The position numbers and the translations under genes are program-made. A stretch of DNA of 63,437 bases, filler included, from Thraustochytrium aureum (Eukaryota): NCBI GenBank assembly GCA_012862495.1. It is 5 parts of 4 records of this genome, joined end to end, with 100 filler letters (N's around TTAATTAATTAA, not from the genome) between each part and the next. Parts side by side here need not be neighbours in the genome. Positions count along the whole stretch, not along the records: positions 16,923 to 41,847 come from BLSG01000380.1; positions 41,948 to 52,475 come from BLSG01000380.1; 3 more parts are not named here. One strand, 5' to 3'. The number at the start of each line of letters is the position of its first letter. The first letter of the stretch is position 1. Positions 35,412-47,171 of this stretch are shown in pieces. The notes below the pieces were generated by a model, which saw only the letters and a list, made by a program, of their open reading frames with translations, made no database searches and had not been told where the DNA came from.

Positions 35412-38379
35412 NGCAGGCAGCTCGGATAGCTATCAGGCTGGCCTGCCAGACGAAGGCGACGGGCATCTGCAGCCGGCCAGCTCGCATCAGTTTGCGCGGG
35501 GCGAGGCTGAACCGGGCTGGGGGCGGCCTGTGCAGGCCCCGATGGCGCATAGCTTTGGCCAGAGCGACAACGGCGCAAAGTCGTTCTTTGAGGACGAGGA
35601 GTCGCTCGACGGGGCCTCGTCCGCCTCGCAGTTCGACTCGGTGGACCTGGGCACGCCCGGGCCAGGACGCGATCAAACGCGCGGCTACAACTCATCGGCG
35701 CTTGGGGTCGCGTATGACTCTGTCGATCTTGACCTGGACGACGACAGCGACGGCGGCGGTAGCAGCACCAACGACGTGCTAGGCCACGTTGACCGCGTTC
35801 GTGGCACTGGCGCAAATATCGAATTTGGCGATCTCGAGGACCGGGGCGAGGACGACGAGCACGACGAGGATCACGACACGTCCCGGCCAAGCATTCTAGA
35901 CAATAGCATGGCCAGGGTTTTCGAGGCGCCACAACCCGCACAGTCACCGCTGACCACGGCGTTCGGCAGGACTTTTGCTCATTTGAGCAAACTACGGGAG
36001 TTTGCGCGCACGCCGGCGCGCGCCGAGTCGCTCGAGTCGCGGCTCCAAAGGTGCCTGCAAGCAGGGCTCGGGACGATGTCGAGTGGCGAGCTTGAGGTCC
36101 TTGACCAGCAGGTTGCAGACAAGTGGAACGCAGAGCTCCGGCACGAGCCAAGTACGATCTGCGTCCCTGTTGAGCGCGCGGAGCTCGATGTGCTGGCGAG
36201 CGCTGCCATCGGAATGAACAAGGTGCCGCGCGGCGCCCTCGTTGCGTTGGACGACAAGGTGGTTCGGGCCTGGCAGTCTCGGTTCCGCTCCAGCGACCCA
36301 GCTCTTGCCGGGCCACCCGCCCGCGCCTCGCTCCAGTCGCATGCGGACCGCCTAGCAAGCATGATTGGAATGCAGCCGATTGAGCACGACCCGGATGACG
36401 AGGACCTGCTGGAGAGCGCCAACGGGCACGATGCCGACCAACTCCACGACAGCGGGCGTCAGGAGGCGGACGAGGAGGAGGAAGAGGAGGAGCTCGTGCT
36501 GGACGTGGCGAACGCCAAGGCCCCCCTCCCATACGCGAACGGAATGCGCGTTGATGCTGGCCGGCTGGGCGAGCTAGAGCAAGCCTGCGCCGCACAAGGT
36601 CGCGAACTGGCAGATTTGCGGGGACGGGCCCTCGAGCGGGAGTCCGAGCGTTGGGCCCTCGAGGAGCGCCTGGCTTCCGTTTTGGGCCAGCTCGAGGCCG
36701 CAAGTGCCCAAGCAGATCTCGAGCGAGAGCAGGCCGTCAGCGTCGCTCGAGCTGAGCGCGATCACGAGCTCGCCAAGGCGCGTGCTGAACTGGAGCGAGC
36801 TCAGAGCGGTTCAAGCCAGAGGCTTGCTGATCTCGAGGGCGAGCTCGCTAGCGAGCGGGACAAGGCCGAATCCGAGCGCGTCGAGCTAAATGCCACGGTG
36901 GCAGAGCTGCGAAACGAGCTCGGCGAAGCCCAAGCAAGGGAGGCGGCGCTGGCAGCGTCTGCCGCAGCCCGCGCGGAAGACTGCGCCAGGCTGCAGGGCC
37001 AGGTGCTCCAAGATGAGTACCGCAAGGTTTTGGACCTCGCTCTGCGGGACGTGTTGATCGAGTTGGCGGCCGTTGGCGGCGATCGTGCCGCAGAAATGGC
37101 GCAAGATCTCATGGGCGAGCGCGTCGAGTCTGCAGGGCAGCTGCGGCTCGTCGCGGTGCAGCAGGCTCTCATCGGAAGCATGCGCCAAAAGCTCGCGGTG
37201 CAGCGCCGCCAGCCGCCATCGACGCAGGACGTTTCTGGAGCATTCAAGGGGTCTTCAGGCGTGGCCACCGCGCTTGTGCTGGACTGGGGCGACCAAACCC
37301 CAGTCGCCGAGGTCGAGGACTTGCTCTCTCTCGTTGCCAGCAAGGTGTCGGAACCGCCCTCGGCGACGAGCGTCCACGAAGCGGTCCGCGCGCTCGAAGC
37401 GCAGCTTACGTCAAGGCCAGACTCGCGCGCGGAGAGTGCCAACTTGGCAGCACTTGAGCGCGCCTTCGAGAAGGCCGGCGCGGCCCTTGCCCCGGGCGTT
37501 TCTCGCGCACCGCTCGCGCACGTGCGCGGCTTTGTGCAAGGCTGCGCCGCCGAGCTTGCGCTGCACCAAAACCGAATCGCCCAGCTGGAGTCGGACTGGA
37601 TCGACGTCTCCCGTGCCTCGATTCGCGCAATTCAGCGTTGCTGCCTAGCCCCCGCAGTTCCAGCAGCCACTCAGGCGGGCGCGCTTCAAGGCGGGACCGA
37701 GCCGCGCTCGCCAGCTGCGACTCAGACCGAATCGGCGGCGATCTGGGAGCACAGGCGTCCAACCTCGCCTGCCGCGACGCAAACGGACCTGGCCGTGATC
37801 GTTCCGGAGCCCCCGCGCGGCACGCAAACCGAACTCGACCCCTCGCGGGGCCTTGCTCCAACGTCTCCAGCAGCGACGCAGACCGAGCCTAATAGTCCTC
37901 CCAAGTCGCCTGCCGCGACGCAGACAGATCTTGGCGCGGCGGCATCGGCGAACGCCAATGTCGCGATTCAGGCAGAATGCGCCAGCGTTGGAGGGATGGA
38001 ACCCGAGGGTGCGCATGGCGAAGAAACCGAAGCGGCGACCGTGCCTGGAAATGCCGGGGAGGCGCGCTCGTCGACCGTTGACACAACCGTGCCAACACCA
38101 AGCCCCAGCAGCGGCCTTGTGGACAAGAAGTTGGCTGCGTCCGTCGTTGCGACGTGCATCGAGCGTAGCTGCCGACACGACTGCCTCGACGTGGTTGCCC
38201 GCGTTCTCGATTTTGATGCAGAAACGAGGCGGCGGGTTGGGCTTGACCAGCCGACAGGGTTTTGGGGCGCGCTTTTGCCGGACTGGTCGCGCGGGCAGGC
38301 TCGGGCGCAAGCTCTCGGCGCTGGAGACCAGAGCTTCTCCAACTTGCTCTCAGACTTTGTCCAGGACGAGATCAGCTAG
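35412..38379 (+). CDS. Coiled-coil golgin with C-terminal GRAB/GA1-like domain (GMAP-210/Rud3/GC3-GC4 type), 5' end in gap
   Basis: Long heptad coiled coil; C-terminus LVDKKL...VV.......DCLDVVARVLDFD.E.RRRVGL ... SFSNLL.DFV.DE. Confidence 0.7.
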
Positions 38380-39929
38380 TCACTGAGGCTGCTGCGCACG
38401 ACCGGGACGTTGTTTCGGCAGAGTAGGTAGCACATCACCCGCGTTACTAACACCCGCTGATTCAAACAGGGCGCCTGCAGTTGGGGGCAGCCAGGGCGGC
38501 GCAGGCTCTCTTGGCACCAGTATGCCAATGCCGCGCGGCCGAGACGTCTGTCGCCCTTGCGCAGTAGGAGGGAAGGCTGCGCACGGGGTTGCTCGTACGG
38601 CCACCGTGCGACGGCGCGGACGTCGGAGATACCGTCGTCAACGTGTCGAAACCGCCCCGCCCCATTCACTGACGATCAGAGGCCTTGTACCGCGAATTGG
38701 TCGTCAGACCTGTTCTGAATTCTGCTCCTTGCGGAATTGCATTTCATGCACCTTCCCAGAACAGGGGCGCGTGGCGTTCCAAAGGCTCGTTATGTTCCTG
38801 CATGCCATGCGCACGTGGCTGCACTGGTGCGCATGGTGCGCACGGCCACCGCGACGGATGGCGACGTGTGCCAAAACATGGTGGGACTCGGCGCCACGAC
38901 TCGCCGCGAGTCGCGCCCTCCCCTCCCCGGAGAGTCACCTGCCTCGAGAGCAAGGAGAGGTAAGTACGTACGACGACACTGCCCGCGCCTCCCTGGCTGG
39001 CGGGCTGATGCGGCTGGGGGCCGTGGCACGTTTGCGTGCGTGCAACCGGCACGGAGCGTCACGCGCAGGGCTGGAAACGAAAGCAAACCACGAGCAAGGA
39101 GGATCCTCCGTGCCACGGGGCAGGCGCCGAAGGGAGGGGGGAGGAGGCAAAGGCAAAGCCTCCAGCGAGCCAGCAACACCTCGTGTCCCCGCGAGCCCTC
39201 CGCGGGCCTCCTTGCGTCCCACGCGGCATCACCTGCGCGAGCGCGAAGAGTGCTCCAAGCGGCGCAGCAGCAGTTCCCCCGCGCAGGGAAGAAAGGCGCG
39301 AAACCGCGACGCCTTGTGCACAGCGCCCCTCTGCTGCCCACCGGGAGGGACTGTTTGGCGGACTGCCCGCCTGCCTGACTGACCAGCGCGCGAGCGAGGA
39401 GCAGGGACAAAGCGCCTGCGCCACTCGAGTCCAGCCTTCAATAGATGCACGGGCTGACAGCAGGCAGGCAGAAGGCAGGCGAGCGCCAAGGGGCGGAGGG
39501 GCAGTTCCTCTTCCGCCTGCACGCGGGGCGGAGGGAGCGGCCACGCGCGCGAACACAGTGACGACGCCGCCTCACTGTCTGCACCGGTAGGTATACTCTG
39601 CCTCCTGCGCTGCGTGTAGTAGGTAGGTAGGTAGGCTCGGGTTCATGTGCGGAAAGTTGTTTTTCGTCTGTTTTGTTTTTTGTTTTGCGTTCTCTCTCGT
39701 GCTCGTACCTGCGAGTCGCACGCCCACAGCAGCGCGAGCTGACGGCACGGGGCAATCACCCAAGCAAGCAACCAAGCAACCAAGCAAGCGCCGCGAGCCG
39801 CGCGCCGAGGAGGCAGGACCCAGTGCTGCGAGCGAGACGCCGAGCGAGCGGTTTGCTGCTGCGAGCGAGGGCGCGTGACGGGGCCGGCGAGCTTGGCTGG
39901 GCGGCAGGCCGGGCGAAGGGGGTCGCGGG

Positions 39930-40335
39930 ATGGCGGTCGTGTATCCCTCGCCGCAAGGGCCGTATGGAGGCAAGGGACCGGCATGCAAGGCTGGCGTGTT
40001 CGGGCCGGTGGTGGATGTCAACGGCGGGGCGCCCACGGCGCCGAGGGCTGCTGTGAATAAACTGAAGATGAGGCAGAGGTCGTCCAGCTGCTCGGTGTTC
40101 CGCGCCCAAGCGACCTGCACGACGGTGGACGGGTCGCGCCAGGCCTGCATCGTCAAGGTGGACGCAGAAAAGGCCTGTGTCCAGGTTGTGGTGCCGGGGC
40201 TGCTCCGAACGGTTTTGCTGCACTTGACGGCTGAGAACTTTACGGTGGACCTGATGCCTGGCGAGGCAAACGGGCTCGTCCTGCGCATGTTTGACGCGGC
40301 CGACGAGGAACGAGCGCGTACGGGTTCGTGTTTAA
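39930..40335 (+). CDS. Hypothetical protein with a beta-rich segment, running into a gap
   Basis: GC3-rich open frame with protein-like composition; no motif recognised. Confidence 0.35.
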
Positions 40336-40845
40336 NNNNNNNNNNNNNNNNNNNNNNNNNNNNNNNNNNNNNNNNNNNNNNNNNNNNNNNNNNNNNNNNN
40401 NNNNNNNNNNNNNNNNNNNNNNNNNNNNNNNNNNNNNNNNNNNNNNNNNNNNNNNNNNNNNNNNNNNNNNNNNNNNNNNNNNNNNNNNNNNNNNNNNNNN
40501 NNNNNNNNNNNNNNNNNNNNNNNNNNNNNNNNNNNNNNNNNNNNNNNNNNNNNNNNNNNNNNNNNNNNNNNNNNNNNNNNNNNNNNNNNNNNNNNNNNNN
40601 NNNNNNNNNNNNNNNNNNNNNNNNNNNNNNNNNNNNNNNNNNNNNNNNNNNNNNNNNNNNNNNNNNNNNNNNNNNNNNNNNNNNNNNNNNNNNNNNNNNN
40701 NNNNNNNNNNNNNNNNNNNNNNNNNNNNNNNNNNNNNNNNNNNNNNNNNNNNNNNNNNNNNNNNNNNNNNNNNNNNNNNNNNNNNNNNNNNNNNNNNNNN
40801 NNNNNNNNNNNNNNNNNNNNNNNNNNNNNNNNNNNNNNNNNNNNN

Positions 40846-40886
40846 GCAGGCAGGCAGGCAGGCAGGCAGGCAGCGCAGGCAGGCAG
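40846..40886. repeat. (GCAG)n tetranucleotide microsatellite upstream of mL43
   Basis: gcaggcaggcaggcaggcaggcaggcag at the gap edge; similar tracts at 27650, 31080 and 34903. Confidence 0.9.
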
Positions 40887-41016
40887 CGCGGCGCAGGCGC
40901 GGACCGGCGAAAGAGCGCAGCGCGCAGAGTTGGCGAGGCGGCGCGCGGAAGCGCTGTTGAGGAGAGGCGAGCGAGGCTGAAGGGAGGGGGGAAGGCGACC
41001 GACCCGCGCAGGCAGA

Positions 41017-41448
41017 ATGTGCTCCCGCACGGGCGGGTGGCAGCTCAAGCAGCTGACGCTGCAGTACTGCGACCGCGGCGGGAGCAGCAAGGGCATGCGG
41101 CAGTTTGTGAGGGCCGAGCTGGCCAAGTTTGCCGAGGAAAACCCGCAAATGCAGGTCAAGGTGACGATGATGCGCAACAGGCACCCGGTGGCTGTCGGGG
41201 AATACGTCAAAGGCGAGCCCAAGGTGTTTGGCGTGAAGAACACGACGCCCGAGGAGATCCTCAAGGTTTGCCAGGAGCTGCGCAACTCTTCGGGCCGCAA
41301 GATGACCAAGATCAAGCGCTTTGACATCAAGCCCTTTCCGACGGTGCAGGGCCACTGGAAGGCTGGGGTCTCCAAGCTCGTGCCCTTCCAGGTAAAAACC
41401 TGTAATGAAACACTCAACTTGACAATCGCGTGCTGCTTTCTCGGATGA
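41017..41448 (+). CDS. MRPL43: Mitochondrial ribosomal protein mL43 (L51/S25/CI-B8 domain); exact C-terminus uncertain
   Basis: WQLKQLTLQYCD.GGSS.GMR.F, FA.ENPQ, RHP...GEY, LRNSSGRK and P.VQG.W. Confidence 0.92.
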   Translation: MCSRTGGWQLKQLTLQYCDRGGSSKGMRQFVRAELAKFAEENPQMQVKVTMMRNRHPVAVGEYVKGEPKVFGVKNTTPEEILKVCQELRNSSGRKMTKIKRFDIKPFPTVQGHWKAGVSKLVPFQVKTCNETLNLTIACCFLG

Positions 41449-41484
41449 AACTCTCAACTTGACAATCGCGCGCTGCTTTCTCAG
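41405..41484. repeat. 40-bp tandem repeat, 2 copies, at the 3' end of mL43
   Basis: atgaaacactcaacttgacaatcgcgtgctgctttctcgg and atgaaactctcaacttgacaatcgcgcgctgctttctcag (3 mismatches). Confidence 0.95.
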
Positions 41485-41891
41485 CGCGGCAGACCGACGG
41501 CCTCTAGAGGGTTCATGCGAGAGCGTCTCACGATTTCGCTTGCTGGCGGCAAAGCAATCGCTTTCTCCATTGTTCTAGCTCTAGAGTGGTTGGCGCGGGC
41601 CTTGGACGATCTGCCCGGCTTGGGGTTGCTGCTGCCGCTCGCGCGGCGGTCGCGACTAGGGCGCCTGGCAGCGCTGCCAAAACGCCGCCAGGCCGCCCCA
41701 TGCGCCAATCGCTCCGACTCCCACAGGGCCCAGGAAGCCCTGCTGCATCGACCAGGACGTGGCTGCGATCGCTCCCACTTCCTCCGTCAGCAAGCCGGCC
41801 GCGGGCCTCGAAGCGCTCCGCGCTTGCCCAGAGTGCCTGCAACTGAANNNNNNNNNNNNNNNNNNNNNNNNNNNNNNNNNNNNNNNNNNNN

Positions 41892-41903
41892 TTAATTAAT
41901 TAA
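41892..41903. other. Artificial scaffold linker TTAATTAATTAA
   Basis: Same N-flanked construct as at 16867. Confidence 0.95.
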
Positions 41904-42528
41904 NNNNNNNNNNNNNNNNNNNNNNNNNNNNNNNNNNNNNNNNNNNNCGGATTCCTCGGCGACCGCCTTGGCCGAGGAACGAACTGATCATCGCTCCGAC
42001 TCGGGTTGGACTCGGGCATCCGTTGCGGCAATCTTTGTCTTCGAGCGCGCAACCGTTGCGGGCCGAGGAGGAGCAAGCAGAGCTGACTGTCGGCCCGTCC
42101 CCCCGTCTTCGGGGGCGCTCTGCTCGGAGTACGCTGTGCATGCGCTCGGCGATGAAGCTGCCAACAGGTCTGCCTGACCCCCCGCATGGGTCGGTCGGTG
42201 TCCGTTGGGCATGGTTTGCCCTGTCGGCCAAGCGCGGGCGGAAATGAAACGGCAGCCTTCGTGAAGTGGAACTTGTCTCTGTTCAGTGTCGACTGCTGCC
42301 AGTGGCTCAATGTGTTGGTGCGCGTGAGGGCAGAACATGCATTGCAACTTTCGTGCAGCGTCATCCAAGCGTCACGCCCCGTTCCAAACTGTGCTACGGA
42401 GATTTCAATTGAATGAATGAAAAGCAAGTTCCGTTAATCTCTCCGGGCACGCACGAGCGAGCCAGCACGGTCATGCACATCACGGTCACGCACATCAGAG
42501 TCACAAGCCATCGCCGACGAGCGCCACC

Positions 42529-44583
42529 ATGGGCAAAGCCGTGGCGCCAGCAGAGGCCTGGATGCTGGAGCCGGAAGGGGTTCCTGAGGCAGCCAAGCGC
42601 ATCCAGGAAGGGCCTGGAATCGCCATCGTCAAGGTGCATCCGTCGACGCTCAAGCGTGGTGAAGGCACCTGCGTGGCCACGCACACCATGGAAGGGTTTA
42701 AAGTTCGCACTGCAGACACGCTTGCGATCAAGGTTTTTGGGCAACGTACCCAGGACGGTGCTTTCTGGATCTGGCGGTGGATGCCCAAGTTGGGGCTGTT
42801 CGCGTTCGCTGCAGGTGTTTTCAGCTCTGGGGCGTTCCTTCTGCTGCCGGAGCAAAACTTTCTCTTCGCTGCGGCTTGCTTGCTGTTGCCGCCCGCAGCG
42901 TCGTTTTTCCTGTTGTTCAACTACAATATCTCTGCCGGGGTATTGCGTCGCTTTGAGATTCGGTACCTGTACTTTCAGCTTGCCATGTTGATCGCGAGCC
43001 TGTGCTACCTGTTGGACAACCGTCGCGCGGCGATGGTCGTCATAGTCGGCATCGTCTTTGCGCAGAGCCTGTTGGTGGACGCTTTGCCCCCTTCATTCAA
43101 ACGCTGGGGCATGCTGTCGGTTATCGTGTTCAGCAGCTCTCTTGTTTGCTTTCTGTCGCTCGCTCTCACGACCGGTTGGCTTGCCATCCAAGACGCGCAC
43201 TTTGATTTTGGGGGTGCAATCTTGCGAGTCTCATTGCTCAACCGGTGCATTTCCTCGCTGTTCAACATCGGGGCGTACTCGCTTTCAAACGCGGTGCTCA
43301 AGTTTCGTGACGGGTCCCTCCTTACCACGTACAAAACAACGCTTGAACTGCACATGTTTGACGCAGAGACCGCCAAGTCTCTGGTGCGCTCAACTCCAGC
43401 TGTCATGCAGGGCCATTTTGACGAAATCATGCAGGCACGCGGGCAAGCCATGGAAAGCGAGGGCGCGCTCGAGAGCAGATCGTCGAAGAAGGAGGCGATC
43501 TTGGAGAGCCTCGTTGAGCAGGCCATTGCGAGCTCGACGCCTGAGCAGCTCGGAGAGCGCATTCGCTTTGCATTTCCTGCTCGTCCACAATTCGCAGTGT
43601 ACACGAATGAGACCTTGGGGAACTATTTGTTCGGCACAGCAATCGATGTGGAGCAGAACGCCGATTTGGTTTGCCTCGCATTCTTTGCGTATCTCGTCTC
43701 GCACAGCTGCTTAATGGTCTACCTGTTTCTAGAGCAGTCGTGGGCTCTCTTTCTTGGCTTTNNNNNNNNNNNNNNNNNNNNNNNNNNNNNNNNNNNNNNN
43801 NNNNNNNNNNNNNNNNNNNNNNNNNNNNNNNNNNNNNNNNNNNNNNNNNNNNNNNNNNNNNNNNNNNNNNNNNNNNNNNNNNNNNNNNNNNNNNNNNNNN
43901 NNNNNNNNNNNNNNNNNNNNNNNNNNNNNNNNNNNNNNNNNNNNNNNNNNNNNNNNNNNNNNNNNNNNNNNNNNNNNNNNNNNNNNNNNNNNNNNNNNNN
44001 NNNNNNNNNNNNNNNNNNNNNNNNNNNNNNNNNNNNNNNNNNNNNNNNNNNNNNNNNAATGGGGCGCTGGCCCAGGTAGCCGCCAGCCTGACGCGCTTCT
44101 CGCCTGCAGTTTGGGTCGCTGGCGTACATGAAAGGCAGCACAGCATACTCGATTGTCTGTGCCACATTGGCCTTCACAACTGCAGGCCTATTCCTTGTCG
44201 ATGCATATCCGCGCGTGGAAAAGAGGTGGTCCGTCTTCAGCGTCGGGATCCTGCTTGCCTTGAACGCGGCAATGTTCTTCGTGCTGTTCGTAGCGATTCT
44301 TTTCAAGGTGATTCCTCTGGAAGAGAGGGATTTCGCGTTTGGCAAACTTCGGATTTCTGTCTCGAGCCGGCTCCTGTCGAGCTGCGCAACTCTCGCGATG
44401 TTTTGCACCAAGAATGCGCTGCAGATGCGCCGCTTTCCGAACCGGTTCATGGTCTTGACGTCGCAGTTTCGGATGCAATACCTCGCTCCGCCGGTCATCG
44501 AGGTCTTCCAGGGCTTTGAGGCTGTGACGAGAGGGAACGCATGCACGGCCGCCGGGACTCTGCCGGCCTCTCTTCCTCGATAG
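42529..44583 (+). CDS. Multi-pass membrane protein with two similar TM modules, internal gap
   Basis: Both halves carry a ..LLVDALP../..FLVDAYP.. helix end followed by F.FG..LRVS/F.FGKLRIS. ORFs 42529.. and 44128..44583. Confidence 0.7.
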
Positions 44584-44701
44584 AGCTCTGCTGCAGCTAG
44601 TACTCTCTTCCTCGATAGAGCTCTGCTGCAGCTCGTACTCTCTTCCTCGATACAGCTCTGCTGCAGCTCGTACTCTCTTCCTCGAGAGAGCTCTGCAGCT
44701 A
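44568..44701. repeat. 35-bp tandem repeat, about 3.8 copies, containing the stop codon of the upstream gene
   Basis: The unit ctctcttcctcgatagagctctgctgcagct(a/c)gta starts at 44568, 44603, 44638 and 44673. Confidence 0.96.
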
Positions 44702-44861
44702 CCACGGCTTTGCGACGCAGAAAAAACAAAAACAAAATCAACAACCAGAGCCGCTCCTGCCTTGGGCGACCACGAGCCACGCGCCGTAAACCGCCCTCCA
44801 GCAAAATCGCATGCATGCAAAGCGGGCTCGCTCGAGGACGAGAGCAGGTACGCGCGGCGCC

Positions 44862-45974
44862 TCACAGCAGTCCAGCAAGCCTCTCAAAGGCGTTGACCAA
44901 CCCCTTGTTGAGAAAAACGCAAAGCCCTGAGTGCGTGGTCGCGAGCTCAACGTGCCCTGCCGTCACGCCTGCGGATCGCAGAAGATCCACGTAGAGGCGC
45001 CCTTCGTCGCGAAGCACGTCTGCGACGGCTGTTATCACAAAGGCGGGCGGCAGTCCGGCCATTGAGGCGTTGTGCGCGCCCAGCGGCGAGCAGATCGGGT
45101 CGCGCAGGCAGTCTTCTGGTTTGGTTCCTATGAGATACCCTCTCCAAAACATTCGCATCAGCTCTGCAGAGAGCGACCCGTACGAGGCGAACTCGTCCCA
45201 GCTCGGCCGATGCGTAATCAGCGAGACAACTGGGGCGATCGGGACCTGCAAATGGATCGGAGGCTCCAGGCCTTGGTCGCGCGCCATTTTCGCGACGGCG
45301 ATAGCAAACAGGCCGCCCGCAGAATCGCCAGCGACGGATATGCGTGACTTAATCACGCCGAGCTGGCCCGAGACACGGGGGCTGCGCAAGAACTGGAACC
45401 CTTCGAAGCAGTCAAGCACAGGGCGTGGAAACGGGTGTTCGGGTGCGAGGCGGTAGTCGACAGAGGCAACGATCGCGCCGCGCAGATGGTACGCCATCCA
45501 CCTCCCAAAGGGCTGCCCGGCGGTCCCCATGGTCATGCCCCCGCCGTGAAAGTAGACAACGAGCGGTCGCCTCTTGCCCCCAGTCCCTGTGCAAGCATCG
45601 AGCTCGCATTCGCCCGTCATGTCCGTCGCCGCTTTTGGCGTGGGCTCGCCGAGTTCCCGGTTTGCTGGCTTGAAGACGACGACTCGGCCTTCGGAGCCGT
45701 CAGCGCGCTCGAAGAACAGCTCGTGCGCGAGAATCTCGGCGTATGCCGCAGGCTCAAGGAGCCAGGTATACGCGTCGTAAAGGGGCATGAGGGAGTGAAC
45801 GGCGCTGCGGGCGGCTCCAAAGCTGACCACGTCGGTCACATCCACATGGCGCGCTCTCAGCAAGACGCTCTCCCCCACGAACATGGCGGCCGCAGCGAAG
45901 TTATCGAACGCGCTCACGCGCCAGTCCACCTTCACCGCAGCAACCGCAGCAGCCAGCGCGGCCAGGACCCGCAT
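44862..45974 (-). CDS. Alpha/beta hydrolase, hormone-sensitive-lipase (Abhydrolase_3) family carboxylesterase
   Basis: YFHGGG, VDYRLAPEHPFP, GDSAGG nucleophile, LPPAFVITA..DVLRDEG and a C-terminal His; hydrophobic N-terminus. Confidence 0.93.
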   Translation of the reverse strand: MRVLAALAAAVAAVKVDWRVSAFDNFAAAAMFVGESVLLRARHVDVTDVVSFGAARSAVHSLMPLYDAYTWLLEPAAYAEILAHELFFERADGSEGRVVVFKPANRELGEPTPKAATDMTGECELDACTGTGGKRRPLVVYFHGGGMTMGTAGQPFGRWMAYHLRGAIVASVDYRLAPEHPFPRPVLDCFEGFQFLRSPRVSGQLGVIKSRISVAGDSAGGLFAIAVAKMARDQGLEPPIHLQVPIAPVVSLITHRPSWDEFASYGSLSAELMRMFWRGYLIGTKPEDCLRDPICSPLGAHNASMAGLPPAFVITAVADVLRDEGRLYVDLLRSAGVTAGHVELATTHSGLCVFLNKGLVNAFERLAGLL

Positions 45975-46392
45975 TTTGGCGGCCTCATGCCGGCCCAGCT
46001 NNNNNNNNNNNNNNNNNNNNNNNNNNNNNNNNNNNNNNNNNNNNNNNNNNNNNNNNNNNNNNNNNNNNNNNNNNNNNNNNNNNNNNNNNNNNNNNNNNNN
46101 NNNNNNNNNNNNNNNNNNNNNNNNNNNNNNNNNNNNNNNNNNNNNNNNNNNNNNNNNNNNNNNNNNNNNNNNNNNNNNNNNNNNNNNNNNNNNNNNNNNN
46201 NNNNNNNNNNNNNNNNNNNNNNNNNNNNNNNNNNNNNNNNNNNNNNNNNNNNNNNNNNNNNNNNNNNNNNNNNNNNNNNNNNNNNNNNNNNNNNNNNNNN
46301 NNNNNNNNNNNNNNNNNNNNNNNNNNNNNNNNNNNNNNNNNNNNNNNNNNNNNNNNNNNNNNNNNNNNNNNNNNNNNNNNNNNNNNNNNNNN

Positions 46393-46876
46393 CGAGTACG
46401 TCAAGCTCGTCAGGTAAGTGCGGCGTGCGTGCGTGCGTGCGTGCGGGTGGGCGGCTGGGCGGCTGGGCGGCTGGGCGGGGGGGCGGCCTGACGGGCTGGC
46501 ATGGCCCTGCTGGGCCGAGGGCGGCGGGAAGAGAGCACGGCCAGGGGCAGCTGGCCGTGGGGTGGGTTGCGCGGGCGCTGACTTTGTTGTTGGAGGCCAT
46601 GCTGGCGGGCGCAGCGCGGAGGGGCACGAGTTTTTCCTGAAGAAGGACGTGGCGATGATCTCCAAGACGATCGCAGCGATGCTTTCTGGGAGCTTTTCCG
46701 AGGCCAAGGGCGAGATCAAGTTCCCCGAGATCAACACGCAGATCCTGGAGAAGGTGATCCAGTACTTGCACTACAAGGCCAAGTACATAAATTCAACGCA
46801 GCCGATTCCCGAGTTTGACATTGAGCCAGAGATTGTTGCGGAGCTTTTGATGGCAGCTAACTTTTTGGATTGCTAG
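46393..46876 (+). CDS. ELOC: Elongin C, 5' end in gap, intron 46414..46614
   Basis: Spliced EYVKLVS|AEGHEF...A.ISKTI..ML.G.F.E..GEI.FPEI...ILEKV.QYL.YK..Y......PEF.IEPE...ELLMAANFLDC. Confidence 0.95.
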
Positions 46877-47171
46877 CAGGAAAAGAAATTTTAAGGCAAC
46901 AATTTCTCGAGAGTCGGCAAGGCCAGAGAAAGCTCGAGTGAGCGACAAGTAGAAAGGCGCTGCTCGGAGCGGCGTGTGCGACCTTCGCAAGGCCCTGGCG
47001 TGAGGCCCTGGCCTGGTCTGGTGTCGCGTCGCGTCGCGTCGCGCGAGCCAGCCAGCCAGCCTTGTTGCGGCACAAGGCCTCGTTGCGGCACCAACCCCCC
47101 GCCCTCCAAACCCAATTCGAGGGCACGCCCAAGCGATTGCAACGGCACTGCTAGCGAAAGCCGCAAAAGGC

